A DNA stretch of 64,000 bases from an uncultured Gemmatimonadales bacterium (lineage in GTDB: Bacteria; Gemmatimonadota; Gemmatimonadetes; Palauibacterales; Palauibacteraceae), in contig CAWANJ010000003.1 in the NCBI GenBank assembly GCA_963783385.1, forward strand, positions 224,001 through 288,000, given 5' to 3'. Shown here piece by piece: positions 9,156 through 20,200 of the stretch. Within the stretch, counting starts at the first letter, position 1, and each line of letters opens with the position of its first letter. The notes under the pieces were generated by a model. The model worked only from the letters and a program-made list of their open reading frames with translations. It had not been told where the DNA came from and made no database searches. Position numbers and translations under genes: made by a program.

Positions 9156-10559
9156 CTAGGACGTGGGAGCGGGCTCCCCGGCGCCGGTCTCCGCGAGCCG
9201 CTCCCACAGCCGGGCCCAGGCCTCCAGCCCCTCGTGCAGCCTGCGCACCCGGAAGAACTCGTTGGGGGCGTGGAAGTCCTCGTCCGCGGTGGAGAAGGAG
9301 AAGAACAGGGTGCGGAGCCCCATGTGCCGCTCGAACAGCTCCGAGATCGGCACGGTGCTCCCCACCCGCACGAGGAGGGGCTCGGCGCCGTAGACCTCGG
9401 AGAGCGCCCGCCGTGCCGCCCGCACCACGAAGTGGTCCGGCTCGATGCGGGCGGCGCCGGCGCGGCCCGCGCCGGGCGTGACCGTGAGGCGCACCCCGGC
9501 CGGCACGCGGGACTCCAGGTGGCGGGCCACCAGCTCCACGATCTCGCCGGGGTCCTGGTCGTGCACCAGCCGGCAGGTGAGCTTGGCGTGCGCCGCGGCC
9601 GGGATCACCGTCTTCCCGCCCGGCCCCTGGTAGCCGCCCCACATGCCGTTCACCTCGAGCGTGGGACGGATCCACTGGCGCTCGAGCGTGGAGTAGCCGG
9701 CCTCGCCGACGGCCGCCGGAGCACCCAGCTCGGCCAGGTAGGCCGCCTCGTCGAAGGGCATGGCACGGATCGCGTCGCGCTCGGCCGCCGGAAGGTCGCG
9801 CACGCGGTCGTAGAAGCCCGCGACGGCCACCCGGCCGTCCGGCCCGTGCAGGCTGGCGACCAGCTCGGCCATGGCGTGGAGCGGGTTGGCCACGCCCCCT
9901 CCGTGCCGCCCGGAGTGGAGGTCCTTGGCCGCCCCGGTGAGGGTGAACTCGAGCGCGGCCACGCCCCGGCTCCCCAGGACGAGCGACGGCTCGTCGGGGC
10001 GCCACATGGCGCCGTCGGCCGAGAGCACGGCGTCGGCCGCCAGGAGGCTCCGGTGCTCGCGGATGAACGCATCCAGGCTGGGGCTGCCGACCTCCTCCTC
10101 GCCCTCGAACATGAACTTCACGTTCACGGGGAGCGCGCCGTCCGTCTCGAAGAAGGAGCGCGCCACCTCGATGGGGATGAGCATCGGGCCCTTGTCGTCG
10201 GACACGCCCCGCGCGTACAGGCGGCCGTCCCGCAGGGTGGGCGTGAAGGGGGGGGTCTCCCAGCGCTCGACGGGATCCTCCGGCTGCACGTCGTAGTGCC
10301 CGTACACGAGCAGGGTGGGCTTACCGGGCGCGCCGAGCCACTCGCCGTACACCACCGGCTGGCCCTCCATCTCCACGAGCCGCGCCGACAGGGGCCCCGC
10401 CGCCGCCAGCCGGCCGGCCACCCAGCGGGCCGCCTCCCGCATCCGCGCGGCGCGGGCGGGATCGGCGCCCACGCTCGGGATCGCCGCGAACTCGATGAGC
10501 GCCTCCAGGATCTCGTCGTGGCGGGAGCTCAGGTGGGTGAGGACGTCCTCCAGCGCCAT
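9156..10559 (-). CDS. M20 family dipeptidase/amidohydrolase (ArgE/DapE/Acy1-like)
   Basis: YGHYDVQP, ARGVSDDKG, EGEEEVGS, DLHSG, HAPNE motifs; ATG 10559 overlaps the upstream stop. Confidence 0.92.
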   Translation of the reverse strand: MALEDVLTHLSSRHDEILEALIEFAAIPSVGADPARAARMREAARWVAGRLAAAGPLSARLVEMEGQPVVYGEWLGAPGKPTLLVYGHYDVQPEDPVERWETPPFTPTLRDGRLYARGVSDDKGPMLIPIEVARSFFETDGALPVNVKFMFEGEEEVGSPSLDAFIREHRSLLAADAVLSADGAMWRPDEPSLVLGSRGVAALEFTLTGAAKDLHSGRHGGGVANPLHAMAELVASLHGPDGRVAVAGFYDRVRDLPAAERDAIRAMPFDEAAYLAELGAPAAVGEAGYSTLERQWIRPTLEVNGMWGGYQGPGGKTVIPAAAHAKLTCRLVHDQDPGEIVELVARHLESRVPAGVRLTVTPGAGRAGAARIEPDHFVVRAARRALSEVYGAEPLLVRVGSTVPISELFERHMGLRTLFFSFSTADEDFHAPNEFFRVRRLHEGLEAWARLWERLAETGAGEPAPTS

Positions 10560-11329
10560 CACTTCCCTCCGTCGATCGACAGCACCTGTCCGGTGATCCA
10601 CCCGGCCTCGTCCGAGGCGAAGAACAGGACGCCGTGGGCGATGTCCTCGGGGCGTGCCCAGGCGCCGGAGCGCGATGCGCTCGACGAGGGCGCGCTGCCC
10701 CTCCTCGCCGTAGGACTCCCACTGGCGCTCGGTGGTCGGGTTGGAGCGAACGAAGCCGGGCGCGATGGCGTTCACGGTGATGTCCCAGGGGCCCAGCTCG
10801 TGGGCGAGCTGGCGGGTGAGGCCGATCTGGGCCGCCTTGGCGGCCGCGTAGGCCTGGATGCCGGTGAGGCTGACGCCCAGGCCGGCGCCGCTCGAGATGT
10901 TGATGATGCGCCCCCGGCGGGCGGCCTTCATGGCCGGCGCGACGGCCCGGGAAAACCAGAACGTCGCCATCCGTGTTGACCTGCGAAGATCGCCTTCCAC
11001 TCGGCGGGTGTGACCTCCTCGAGCGGCCGGCCCACCTGGCCGAGCACGCCGCCGGCGTCGTTGACCAGGATGTCGACCCCTCCGTCCGCGCCGAGCACCT
11101 CGCTGACGAACGCTTCCACGGCCTCCGGGTCGGAGACGTCCACGACGCGGCCCTCGCAGCGCCCGCCGGCCTCGGCGCACAGCCGGGCCGTCTCCGCCAG
11201 CTCCGCTCCCAGGATGTCGCAGGCCCACACGCTCGCCCCGTACCGGGCCAGCGCCCGCGCGATCGCCCGCCCGAAGCCGTGCGCGGCGCCGGTGATGACC
11301 GCCGTGCGGCCGGTGAAGTCGTGGGTCAT
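10559..11329 (-). CDS. SDR family oxidoreductase (FabG-like), apparent frameshifts near 10980 and 10650
   Basis: MTHDFTGRTAVITGAAHGFG, DILVNDAGG, NISSGAG, YAAAK, VNAIAPG and a C-terminal ITGQVLSIDGG, spread over three frames. Confidence 0.85.
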
Positions 11330-12381
11330 GTCGGCGACTTCCCCGGGGCGAGGTTCACGGCCTCCCCGCCGCCCGCGGCGGCCGCCAGCTGGTCCAGCGT
11401 GCCGTGCGACTGCGGGCGGGCTCCGCTCTCGACCTCGTGGATCAGCTCCACCAGCCGGGCCGTGAGCGGGGTGGCCGCGCCTGCCTCTGCGCCAAGCCGA
11501 ACGACGACCGCGAGCTGCGCGTCGACCTCGGTCGGACGCTCGCGGACCGCCAGGTCGCGCCAGATGCCGCTGTGCGTCTTGGCCGAGCGGCTGTTGAAGG
11601 CCACCAGGGCGTCGAGCGACGCCCCGGCGGCGCCGGGGTCGGCCGAGGGCAGGTAGGCGGCCGGATCGAAGCCGTCGAACGGCTCGGGCGTCACGCCGCG
11701 GGCCGCGGCCACGGCCAGCACCTCGCGGGCCAGCGCCACGTACAGGCCGCGTCGCTCGGGACGCGCCAGCGCGTCGGCGATGGAGTCGTTGGTCAGCGCG
11801 GTGGCGAACAGCATGGCGCCGTAGGCCTCCTTGCCCCACAGGTAGCCCCACAGGTTGTCCGTCACGATCGCGCCGTCATCGAAGTCCGCCCAGACGTCCC
11901 GCAGCGCCCGCAACCGCGGCGTGATCCGGCCGTCGGTCTCTCCCAGGACCACCGCGCCGCGCCCGCCGAAGTGGATGAGGCCCGGCTCCAGGTAGTCCGC
12001 GCCGAAGTTGACGAACGCCCCGACCGTCCGGTCCGCGCCCACGGCCGCGGCGATCTCGAGCTCGTTGAGCCCGTTCTGCGCCGAGACCACGCAGCCGGAG
12101 GGGGCCAGGTGCGGGAGGAGCATGGGGAGGGCTCCCGCCGTATGGTGCGCCTTGGTGGCGAGCACGACCGTGTCCCAGGCGCCCTCCACGCCGGCGGGCG
12201 TGAAAGCGGGCGGACGCACGTCGAACGCGTCGATCGGACCGGTGATGCGGAGCCCGCCGCGCCGGATGGCCGCCACGTGCTCCTCGGCCGCGTCGACGAG
12301 GGTGACGTCGTGCCCGGCCCGCGCCAGGAACGCTCCCAGGGTGCCCCCAATGGCGCCGGCGCCCCAGATGAGACAGCGCAT
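11326..12381 (-). CDS. Ketopantoate reductase family protein (PanE/ApbA)
   Basis: MRCLIWGAGAIGG Rossmann motif, VLATKAH, SAQNGL, LWGKE, SGIWRDL...RPTEVD. Confidence 0.88.
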   Translation of the reverse strand: MRCLIWGAGAIGGTLGAFLARAGHDVTLVDAAEEHVAAIRRGGLRITGPIDAFDVRPPAFTPAGVEGAWDTVVLATKAHHTAGALPMLLPHLAPSGCVVSAQNGLNELEIAAAVGADRTVGAFVNFGADYLEPGLIHFGGRGAVVLGETDGRITPRLRALRDVWADFDDGAIVTDNLWGYLWGKEAYGAMLFATALTNDSIADALARPERRGLYVALAREVLAVAAARGVTPEPFDGFDPAAYLPSADPGAAGASLDALVAFNSRSAKTHSGIWRDLAVRERPTEVDAQLAVVVRLGAEAGAATPLTARLVELIHEVESGARPQSHGTLDQLAAAAGGGEAVNLAPGKSPT

Positions 12382-12395
12382 CGGAGCCGGCCCGG

Positions 12396-13103
12396 CTACG
12401 GGGCGCCCCAGGTGCCGTCGAGGATCGCGCGCGTCTCCTCGACCGCCACCCGCCACACGGACAGTACGTCCTCGTCCGGGCGCTGGTAGAAGCCGCCGAA
12501 GTTGCCGTCGCCCAGGTAGTCCCGCACGGCGGCCGGAGCCAGGGAGCGCACCCGCGCCAGGTCGGTCATGGGCTTCTGCTCGGCGGGCATCTGGACCCCG
12601 GGAAGCCGCGTCCAGGGGAAGTTCTCCATCCAGGACGCGTGTGAGGCCACGGGGTCGATCTCCTGGACCCGGGCCCAGGTCTTGGGAGCCTTCCACCAGT
12701 CGTGCACGACCAGCCGGCAGTCGGGATGGTCCGCCGTCCACTCCGGCACGAGCTGGTGCACCGCCCCGTTCCCGCCGTGCCCGTTCACCACCAGGATGCG
12801 CCGGAAGCCGCTGCCCGCGATGCCATCCAGGACGTCGCGCACCACGGATAGGTGGGTGGAGACCCGGAGAGAGACGGAGCCGGGATAGGCGCTGAAGTAG
12901 GGGCTGACGCCGTAGGCGAGGACCGGGAAGACGGGGACTCCGAGCGGCTCGGCGGCCTCGGCCGCCACCCGCTCGGGCAGGATGCAGTCGACGGTGAGCC
13001 GCAGGTGGCCGTGCTGCTCGGTGCTGCCGAGCGGGAGCACGGCGCGGTCGTCCCGCTCCAGGTAGGCCTCTACCTGCATCCAGTTCATGTCGCCGATGCG
13101 CAC
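12396..13103 (-). CDS. Creatininase family amidohydrolase
   Basis: LPLGSTEQHGHL, VNGHGGN, SHASWMEN motifs; GTG start with GGAGG upstream. Confidence 0.9.
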   Translation of the reverse strand: MRIGDMNWMQVEAYLERDDRAVLPLGSTEQHGHLRLTVDCILPERVAAEAAEPLGVPVFPVLAYGVSPYFSAYPGSVSLRVSTHLSVVRDVLDGIAGSGFRRILVVNGHGGNGAVHQLVPEWTADHPDCRLVVHDWWKAPKTWARVQEIDPVASHASWMENFPWTRLPGVQMPAEQKPMTDLARVRSLAPAAVRDYLGDGNFGGFYQRPDEDVLSVWRVAVEETRAILDGTWGAP

Positions 13104-13302
13104 GTCACGCCCTCCCTCTGGAGTCGGCGGACAAGCTACGGGAGGGCTCCGGCGGCGGCGAGGGCGGGGCGGGTCCCCGGGAGGCCGGTTGCGCCGTCGG
13201 TCCCGGGTCGCGAGCGTCCGTGGGGACGCGCGGCCGGACGCGTGCGCCTCGCGTACAGGGAGCCGGTCCTCCGGCCGCCGTCTCCACGACCGCGGTGGTT
13301 CC

Positions 13303-14115
13303 ATGCCCGCCTACATCTGCGAGACCTGCGGCACCCAGTTCGCGCCCGGGGAGAGCCCTCCCAATGCCTGTCCGATCTGCCTCGACGAGCGACAGTTCGT
13401 GGGCTGGGAAGGGCAGACCTGGACCACGCTCGCCGAGCTGCGGAGCGGGCACCGTTGCCGCGTGGAGGCGGTCGCCCCCGGTCTGACCGGCCTCGGGATC
13501 GAGCCGGCTTTCGGGATCGGCCAGCGGGCCCTCCTGGTCCGCTCCCCGGGCGGGAACGTGCTGTGGGACTGCATCAGCCTGGTCGACGAGGCGGTCGTGC
13601 AGGAGGTCCGGGAGCTGGGCGGGATCGCCGCCATCGCGATCTCCCATCCCCATTACTACAGCGCCATGGTCGAGTGGAGCGAGGCCTTCGGCGGCGTGCC
13701 GATCCACCTGCACGCCGCCGACCGAGAGTGGGTCATGCGCCCCGATCCGACCATCCGGTGGTGGGAGGGCGATCGCCTGGACCTCCACGACGGCATGACG
13801 CTGGTGCGCTGCGGCGGACACTTCGAGGGGGGCGCGGTCCTCCACTGGCCGGCGGGCGCCGCCGGCCGGGGCGCGCTCCTCACCGGCGACGTCCTGCAGG
13901 TGACCATGGACCGGCGCCACGTGAGCTTCATGTACAGCTTCCCCAACTACATCCCGCTGTCGGCGGCGGCCGTCCGGCGCATCGGAGAGTCCGTGGACGA
14001 CCTCGTCTTCGAGGAGGTGTGGGGCGCGTGGTGGGGACGCCGGATCGCATCGGACGGGAACGAAGCCGTCCGGCGCTCGGTCGAGCGCTACGTGGAGGCG
14101 CTGGCGGGCTCCTGA
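13303..14115 (+). CDS. MBL-fold metallo-hydrolase with N-terminal Zn ribbon (YmaE-like)
   Basis: ICETCGTQ...CPICLDERQ, SHPHYY, GGHFEG, SFMYSFPNYIPL. Confidence 0.88.
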   Translation: MPAYICETCGTQFAPGESPPNACPICLDERQFVGWEGQTWTTLAELRSGHRCRVEAVAPGLTGLGIEPAFGIGQRALLVRSPGGNVLWDCISLVDEAVVQEVRELGGIAAIAISHPHYYSAMVEWSEAFGGVPIHLHAADREWVMRPDPTIRWWEGDRLDLHDGMTLVRCGGHFEGGAVLHWPAGAAGRGALLTGDVLQVTMDRRHVSFMYSFPNYIPLSAAAVRRIGESVDDLVFEEVWGAWWGRRIASDGNEAVRRSVERYVEALAGS

Positions 14116-14207
14116 GCCCAGCGCCACGTATCCGCGGCGCCGCCCGATCCGGCGCGCCGCGCGTCCGCGGCAGGAACCCATCCGTCGCCCCGGACGATTC
14201 TCGCTTC

Positions 14208-14233
14208 GTAACCCTTTCGCCTCCAGGCGTGTC
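14208..14233 (+). promoter_or_regulatory. Putative ECF-sigma (auto)promoter
   Basis: GTAACC...CGTGTC directly upstream of the ECF gene; AAC -35 and CGT/GTC -10 pattern. Confidence 0.4.
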
Positions 14234-14280
14234 ACAGGACCTGGAAGCGACCCACGGACGCCTTCTTTCCTCGGGATGGT

Positions 14281-14822
14281 GTGCGAGAGCCGGAACTGAT
14301 CGAACGGGTGCTGGTGGGCGATGCCGCGGCGGAGCGCGAGCTGTACGACGCGCACGTCGACCGGGTCTACCGGCTGGCCTACCGAATGACCGGCGAGGAC
14401 GACCTGGCGCAGGATTGCACCCAGGAGACGTTCCTCCGGGCGTTCGAGCGCCTGGAGGAGTTCCGGGGCGACGCGGCCCTGGGCACCTGGCTCCACACGG
14501 TGGCCACCTCCGTGATCCTCAACGCGCTGCGCAGGCGGAAGCGGCGCTGGAAGCGGGAGGTCGACATGCACAAGGCCGGGCCGCTGGGCCGCCGGGAGCC
14601 GAGGGGCGACGTAGGACTGCGGCAGAGGCTGAAGGCGGCCATCGACGCGCTGCCGGACAAGTACAGGATGGTGTTCGTGATGCACGAAGTGGAGGGCTAC
14701 ACGCACCGGGAGATCGGGTCCGCCCTCGGGATCGAGGTGGGGACGTCCAAGGCGCAGCTTTCCCGGGCCAAGTCCCGGCTGCGGGAGGAGCTCTGGCGGT
14801 CTACGCGGGAGAGGTGGCGTGA
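14281..14822 (+). CDS. ECF RNA polymerase sigma factor (sigma24-type); indel near 14792 hides the true stop
   Basis: ELYDAHVDRVYRLAYRM, DCTQETFLRAF, F.G..ALGTWLH, LPDKYRMVFVMHEVEGYTHREI, GTSKAQLSRA; another frame gives AVYAGEVA* with TGA overlapping the next GTG. Confidence 0.9.
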
Positions 14823-15502
14823 GCGGCGAGGATCAGCTGGACGAGCGGATCCGGGCGGCGGCGTCCGACTACCGGGAGCCGCCCGAGACGCCCCGGGAGG
14901 CGATGTGGGAGCGCATCCAGGCGGCTCGCGCGGGACGAGAGCTGCGGGACGCCGCCGCCCGCAGGCGCCGGGGGCGCTGGATGCGCTGGGGCATCGGGAT
15001 CGCCGCCGTGCTCGTGGCAGGGATCGCCGTCGGCCGCCTGTCCGCTCCCTCCGGCTCCCCGGCCCCGCAGGTGGCGACGACGCCGGCCGGGAGCTCCCCG
15101 ACCGGCGTGGCGGCCACCGGCCCGGCGGGGGCCGGGCAGCTCACGGCCTACCGGCTGGCGGCGGCCGAGCACCTGGGACGGGTGGAGGCGTTCCTGACGC
15201 TGTTCCGTCGCGAAGCCGAGGCGGGCCGCGTGGACCAGGACCTCCGCGCCCCGGCCCGGAGCCTCCTGTCCGAGACGAGGCTCTTCCAGGCATCGCCGGC
15301 GGCCGATGATCCCGCACTCCGGGAAGTGCTCGGCGACGTCGAGCTCGTCCTGGCGCAGATCTCCCGGTACACGGAGCAGCCGTCCAGGCGGCAGGACCTC
15401 CGATTCATCGACGAAGGCATGGAGCAGCGGGGGGTTCTCCTCGAGCTGCATACCGTGGTCACAGCGGCGAGCCCGGCCGGGCTTGCGCAAGGAGCTCTCT
15501 GA
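14819..15502 (+). CDS. Putative anti-sigma factor, single-pass membrane protein
   Basis: Coupled to the ECF gene; PREAMWERI N-terminus, TM WGIGIAAVLVAGIAVG, helical periplasmic part. Confidence 0.7.
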   Translation: MSGEDQLDERIRAAASDYREPPETPREAMWERIQAARAGRELRDAAARRRRGRWMRWGIGIAAVLVAGIAVGRLSAPSGSPAPQVATTPAGSSPTGVAATGPAGAGQLTAYRLAAAEHLGRVEAFLTLFRREAEAGRVDQDLRAPARSLLSETRLFQASPAADDPALREVLGDVELVLAQISRYTEQPSRRQDLRFIDEGMEQRGVLLELHTVVTAASPAGLAQGAL

Positions 15503-17054
15503 TGAAATCGACGACGTGGTGGACGGCGGTGGTGTGCGCGGCGGCTCTCGGGGCCGGCGCCGTCGCGGCCCGGGCCCAGGACATGGCGGGGCGGACGCAC
15601 GCCAACGGGCCGGCGGCGGCCGCGGGCCGCACGGTGGCTTCGGCGGCGGCGCTCGCGGCGCGACCGCACCGGGCGCTGCTTGAGCGCTGGCTCCCGGGCG
15701 ACGCGGCGGACTCGCTGTACCGCCTGGCACGCCGGGAGCTCAACGCGGGTGACTACGAGCAGGCCGCCCGGCACTTCCGCGAGGTCCGCGAGCGGTTCCC
15801 CAAGTCGGGGTACGTGGCGGACTCCTACTACTGGGAGGCGTTCGCGCTGTCGCGTACGGGCTCCAACGACGACTCCCGGCGCGCGCTCGACGTGCTCGCC
15901 GAGCGCCGCCAGCGCTTCCCGAAGGCGGCGGGCGCGCAGGACGCGCGTGACCTCGAGACCCAGATCCGCGGGCAGCTGGCCCGCGGGGGCGACGTCGAGG
16001 CCGCCGAGGTCCTGGCCCGGCAGGCCGCGACCGTTGCCTCCCAGGGCGCCGGCGTGGCGGCGCAGGCCGCGGCGGCCGAGGCGGAGGTCGGGGCGGTCGC
16101 CCAATCGATCGCGGCGGGGTCTGCGGGCCTCGAGGCGATCGGGACGGGCCTGCAGGCGCTCGGAAGCGGATCGTGCGACGACTCGGACGACGAGCGCCTC
16201 ATGGCGCTGAACGCGCTCCTCCAGATGAACTCCGACCAGGCCGTGCCCCTCCTCAAGAAGGTGCTGGAGCGACGGGACGAGGGCTCGGTGTGCCTGCGGC
16301 GGAAGGCCCTGTTCGTGCTGGCCCAGAAGCGCACGCCGGAGATCGAGGACGTGCTCCTCCAGGCGGCGGGCTCGGATCCGGACGCCCAGGTGCGCGAGAG
16401 CGCCGTGTTCTGGCTCTCGCAGGTGCACACGACCCGCGCCACCGCGGCGCTCGACTCGATTCTCCAGCACTCCCAGGACGAGGCCATCCGGAAGCGGGCC
16501 GTGTTCGCCCTCTCCCAGCAGCACAGCGACGCTTCGTCGAAGGCGCTGCGGGACTACCTGCAGGGATCGCGGGGGCTCGGAGAAGCTCAAGGAGAACATC
16601 GTCTTCTGGCTCGGACAGCAGCACAGCGAGGCCAACAGGACCTTTCTTCGCCAGTACTACCGGCGGGCCACCAGCGAGTCGATCAAGAAGAGGATCGTGT
16701 TCTCCGTGGCCCAGTCGGCGGACAGCGCCGACGGCCTGTGGCTGCTGGGGATCGCCCGGGACCCGAAGGAGTCGATGGAAGCGAGGAAGAACGCCCTGTT
16801 CTGGGCCGGGCAGACGCACGCGATCGACGTGGCGCAGATCGCCGACCTGTACGACGGTCTCCAGAGCCCGGAGCTCAAGGACCGGCTCATCTTCGTCCTG
16901 TCGCAGCGGCAGGAGGCGGTGGCGGTCGACAAGCTCATGGCCATCGCCAAGAACGACCCTGACCGACGAGCTCCGCAAGAAGGCGATCTTCTGGCTCGGC
17001 CAGTCGCACGACCCGCGGGCGGCCAAGTTCCTCATGGACATCATCGGACAGTGA
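15502..17054 (+). CDS. Secreted TPR + HEAT-repeat protein (apparent frameshifts near 16570 and 16960)
   Basis: Signal peptide; TPR-like SLYRLARRELNAGDYEQAA...FPKSGYV...YWEAFAL; repeated (R)KKA(I/V/L)FWL(S/G)Q HEAT units continuing across frames. Confidence 0.8.
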
Positions 17055-17062
17055 GGTGCGCG

Positions 17063-17816
17063 ATGAAGGGCGAGACGCGTGGCACGCCGGCGCTCGTCGC
17101 CGTGCTCGGGATGCTGGGCCTGCTGGCCGCCCCGGTCCGGGCCCAGTCGCTGGACGCGCGTGTCCAGGCGGTGCGGGACGGGCGGGTGCGCATGAGCTTC
17201 GCGGCGCGCCCCGGCGTGTGCGGCAACGGCCGCAACATCACCGCCTACCGGTCCAACCGGGACTGGGAGAGCGACTGCGAGCACGGGCCGGTGCGCGTCG
17301 TGCTCACGCGCCGTGACGGGAAGGTCGTCGACGTCGACACGTACGTCGGCGGCCACTGGCGCGCCGCCTCGGACGCCCGGGACCTGGGCACGGTGTCGGC
17401 GCCCGTGGCGGCGCACTACCTGGTGTCGCTTCGGGTCAAGGGCGCCGTCGTTCCCGGCGACCCTCGCCGACAGCGTGGTGATCTGGCCGCAGCTCCTGTC
17501 GCTCGCAAAGGACGACTCTGCGCCGCACGCGGTGCGCAAGCAAGCCGTGTTCTGGCTGGGCCAGGCGGCGGGCGAGGCCGCCACGAAGGACCTGGCGACT
17601 CTGGCGGACTCGAGCGACCGGGACGTCCAGAAGGCGGCCGTGTTCGCCCTGTCGCAGCTCCACGACGGCGCCGGGGTGCCGGACCTCATCCGGATCGCGC
17701 GCACGCACCCGGACCCGGCGGTTCGCCGTCGGGCGATGTTCTGGCTGGGCCAGTCGCACGACCCGCGGGCCCTGTCCCTGTTCGAGGAGATCCTCGAGGC
17801 GAAGGGCGAGCGGTAG
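17063..17816 (+). CDS. Secreted HEAT-repeat protein (apparent frameshift near 17455)
   Basis: Signal peptide; N-domain MSFAARPGVCGNG...CEHGPVRV; C-terminal RKQAVFWLGQ / KAAVFALSQ / RRAMFWLGQSHDPRAL. Confidence 0.8.
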
Positions 17817-17859
17817 ATCGGAGGCGGGCGTCCGTCCGGGCCGGACGTCGGGGCGGAAG

Positions 17860-18806
17860 CTAGCGGCCGCCGCCCGGGGGGCGGCGCGCTCCCCGCGGCG
17901 GCCGTCGCCTGCGGGAGGGCTCCAGGCCCCGGCGGATCGCGTCGCGGGTCTCCGGCAGGACCCGTCCGGCGAAACAGCCCAGCGTGTACGGGTACTCCCG
18001 GGTCATGTGGTAGGCGTAGACGTAGGCGCGCCCGTCGACCGTGACCACCTCCTTCCGACCGTGGCACGCGTCCAGGTCGGCGTCGGTCAGGTCGCTTCCG
18101 GCCGCATCCCTGAGTCCCAGGATCGGGAACCCGTCCAGGGCCCAGCCCACCAGCGAGTCGCTCTCCACGCCGGGGATGCAGGGCGAGGCGCTGTGGTAGT
18201 GGTACTGGGCGTTGGCCTGGGGATGACCGTCGCAGTCGTCCTGGATCTCGTGGGCCGCCGCGTCGCGGCCGGCGTCGTCGAGCGCGTTGAACAGCGCCAC
18301 GCCGGTCGTGGTGAAGCCGACCATGCCCATCGGCAGGCAGCCCGGCCGGTCGGCGAGGACGGGCGCCGCGGGAATGGGGAAGTCCAGGCGCTGCGCTCCC
18401 ACGTGGTTGGGGTTGGTGTCGTACCGGTAGACGCTGTCGCCGGGCGAGATCGGGAACGCGCCCGTGGGCTCGCGGACCGGGAGCCCGTCGCCCGTCACCT
18501 CCACCTCGTCCCCGGCTGGCGTGAGGGTCAGGAAGGCACCGGGCCACATGACGTGGCCCGAGACGTGGGGCTTCTCCGAGGGGTCCCAGCGGTCGCCGTC
18601 CATCCAGGGGCCCGCGTGCCTGGCGCCGCCGCCACGGAAGCTGGTGCGGCACGCGTACACGTCGCCCCGCGCGGGACCACCGGACACGTGGCCGTCGCCC
18701 AGCGGCAGCGACTGCGCCGCGAGCGCTCCCGGGACGGCGGCGCACAGGCAGGCGAGGGCGAGAGCGCGCGGCGGAGCCGCGGCCCTGCGGCGCGGCGGGG
18801 TCGACG

Positions 18807-18810
<4 letters not shown>
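17860..18810 (-). CDS. YHYH domain-containing secreted protein
   Basis: G..G....GVALFN, DDCDGHP....YHYH, VGWALDGFPI, DLDACHG, YAYH...YPYTLGCF; ATG overlaps the stop of the upstream regulator. Confidence 0.85.
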
Positions 18811-20196
<1,386 letters not shown>

Positions 20197-20200
<4 letters not shown>

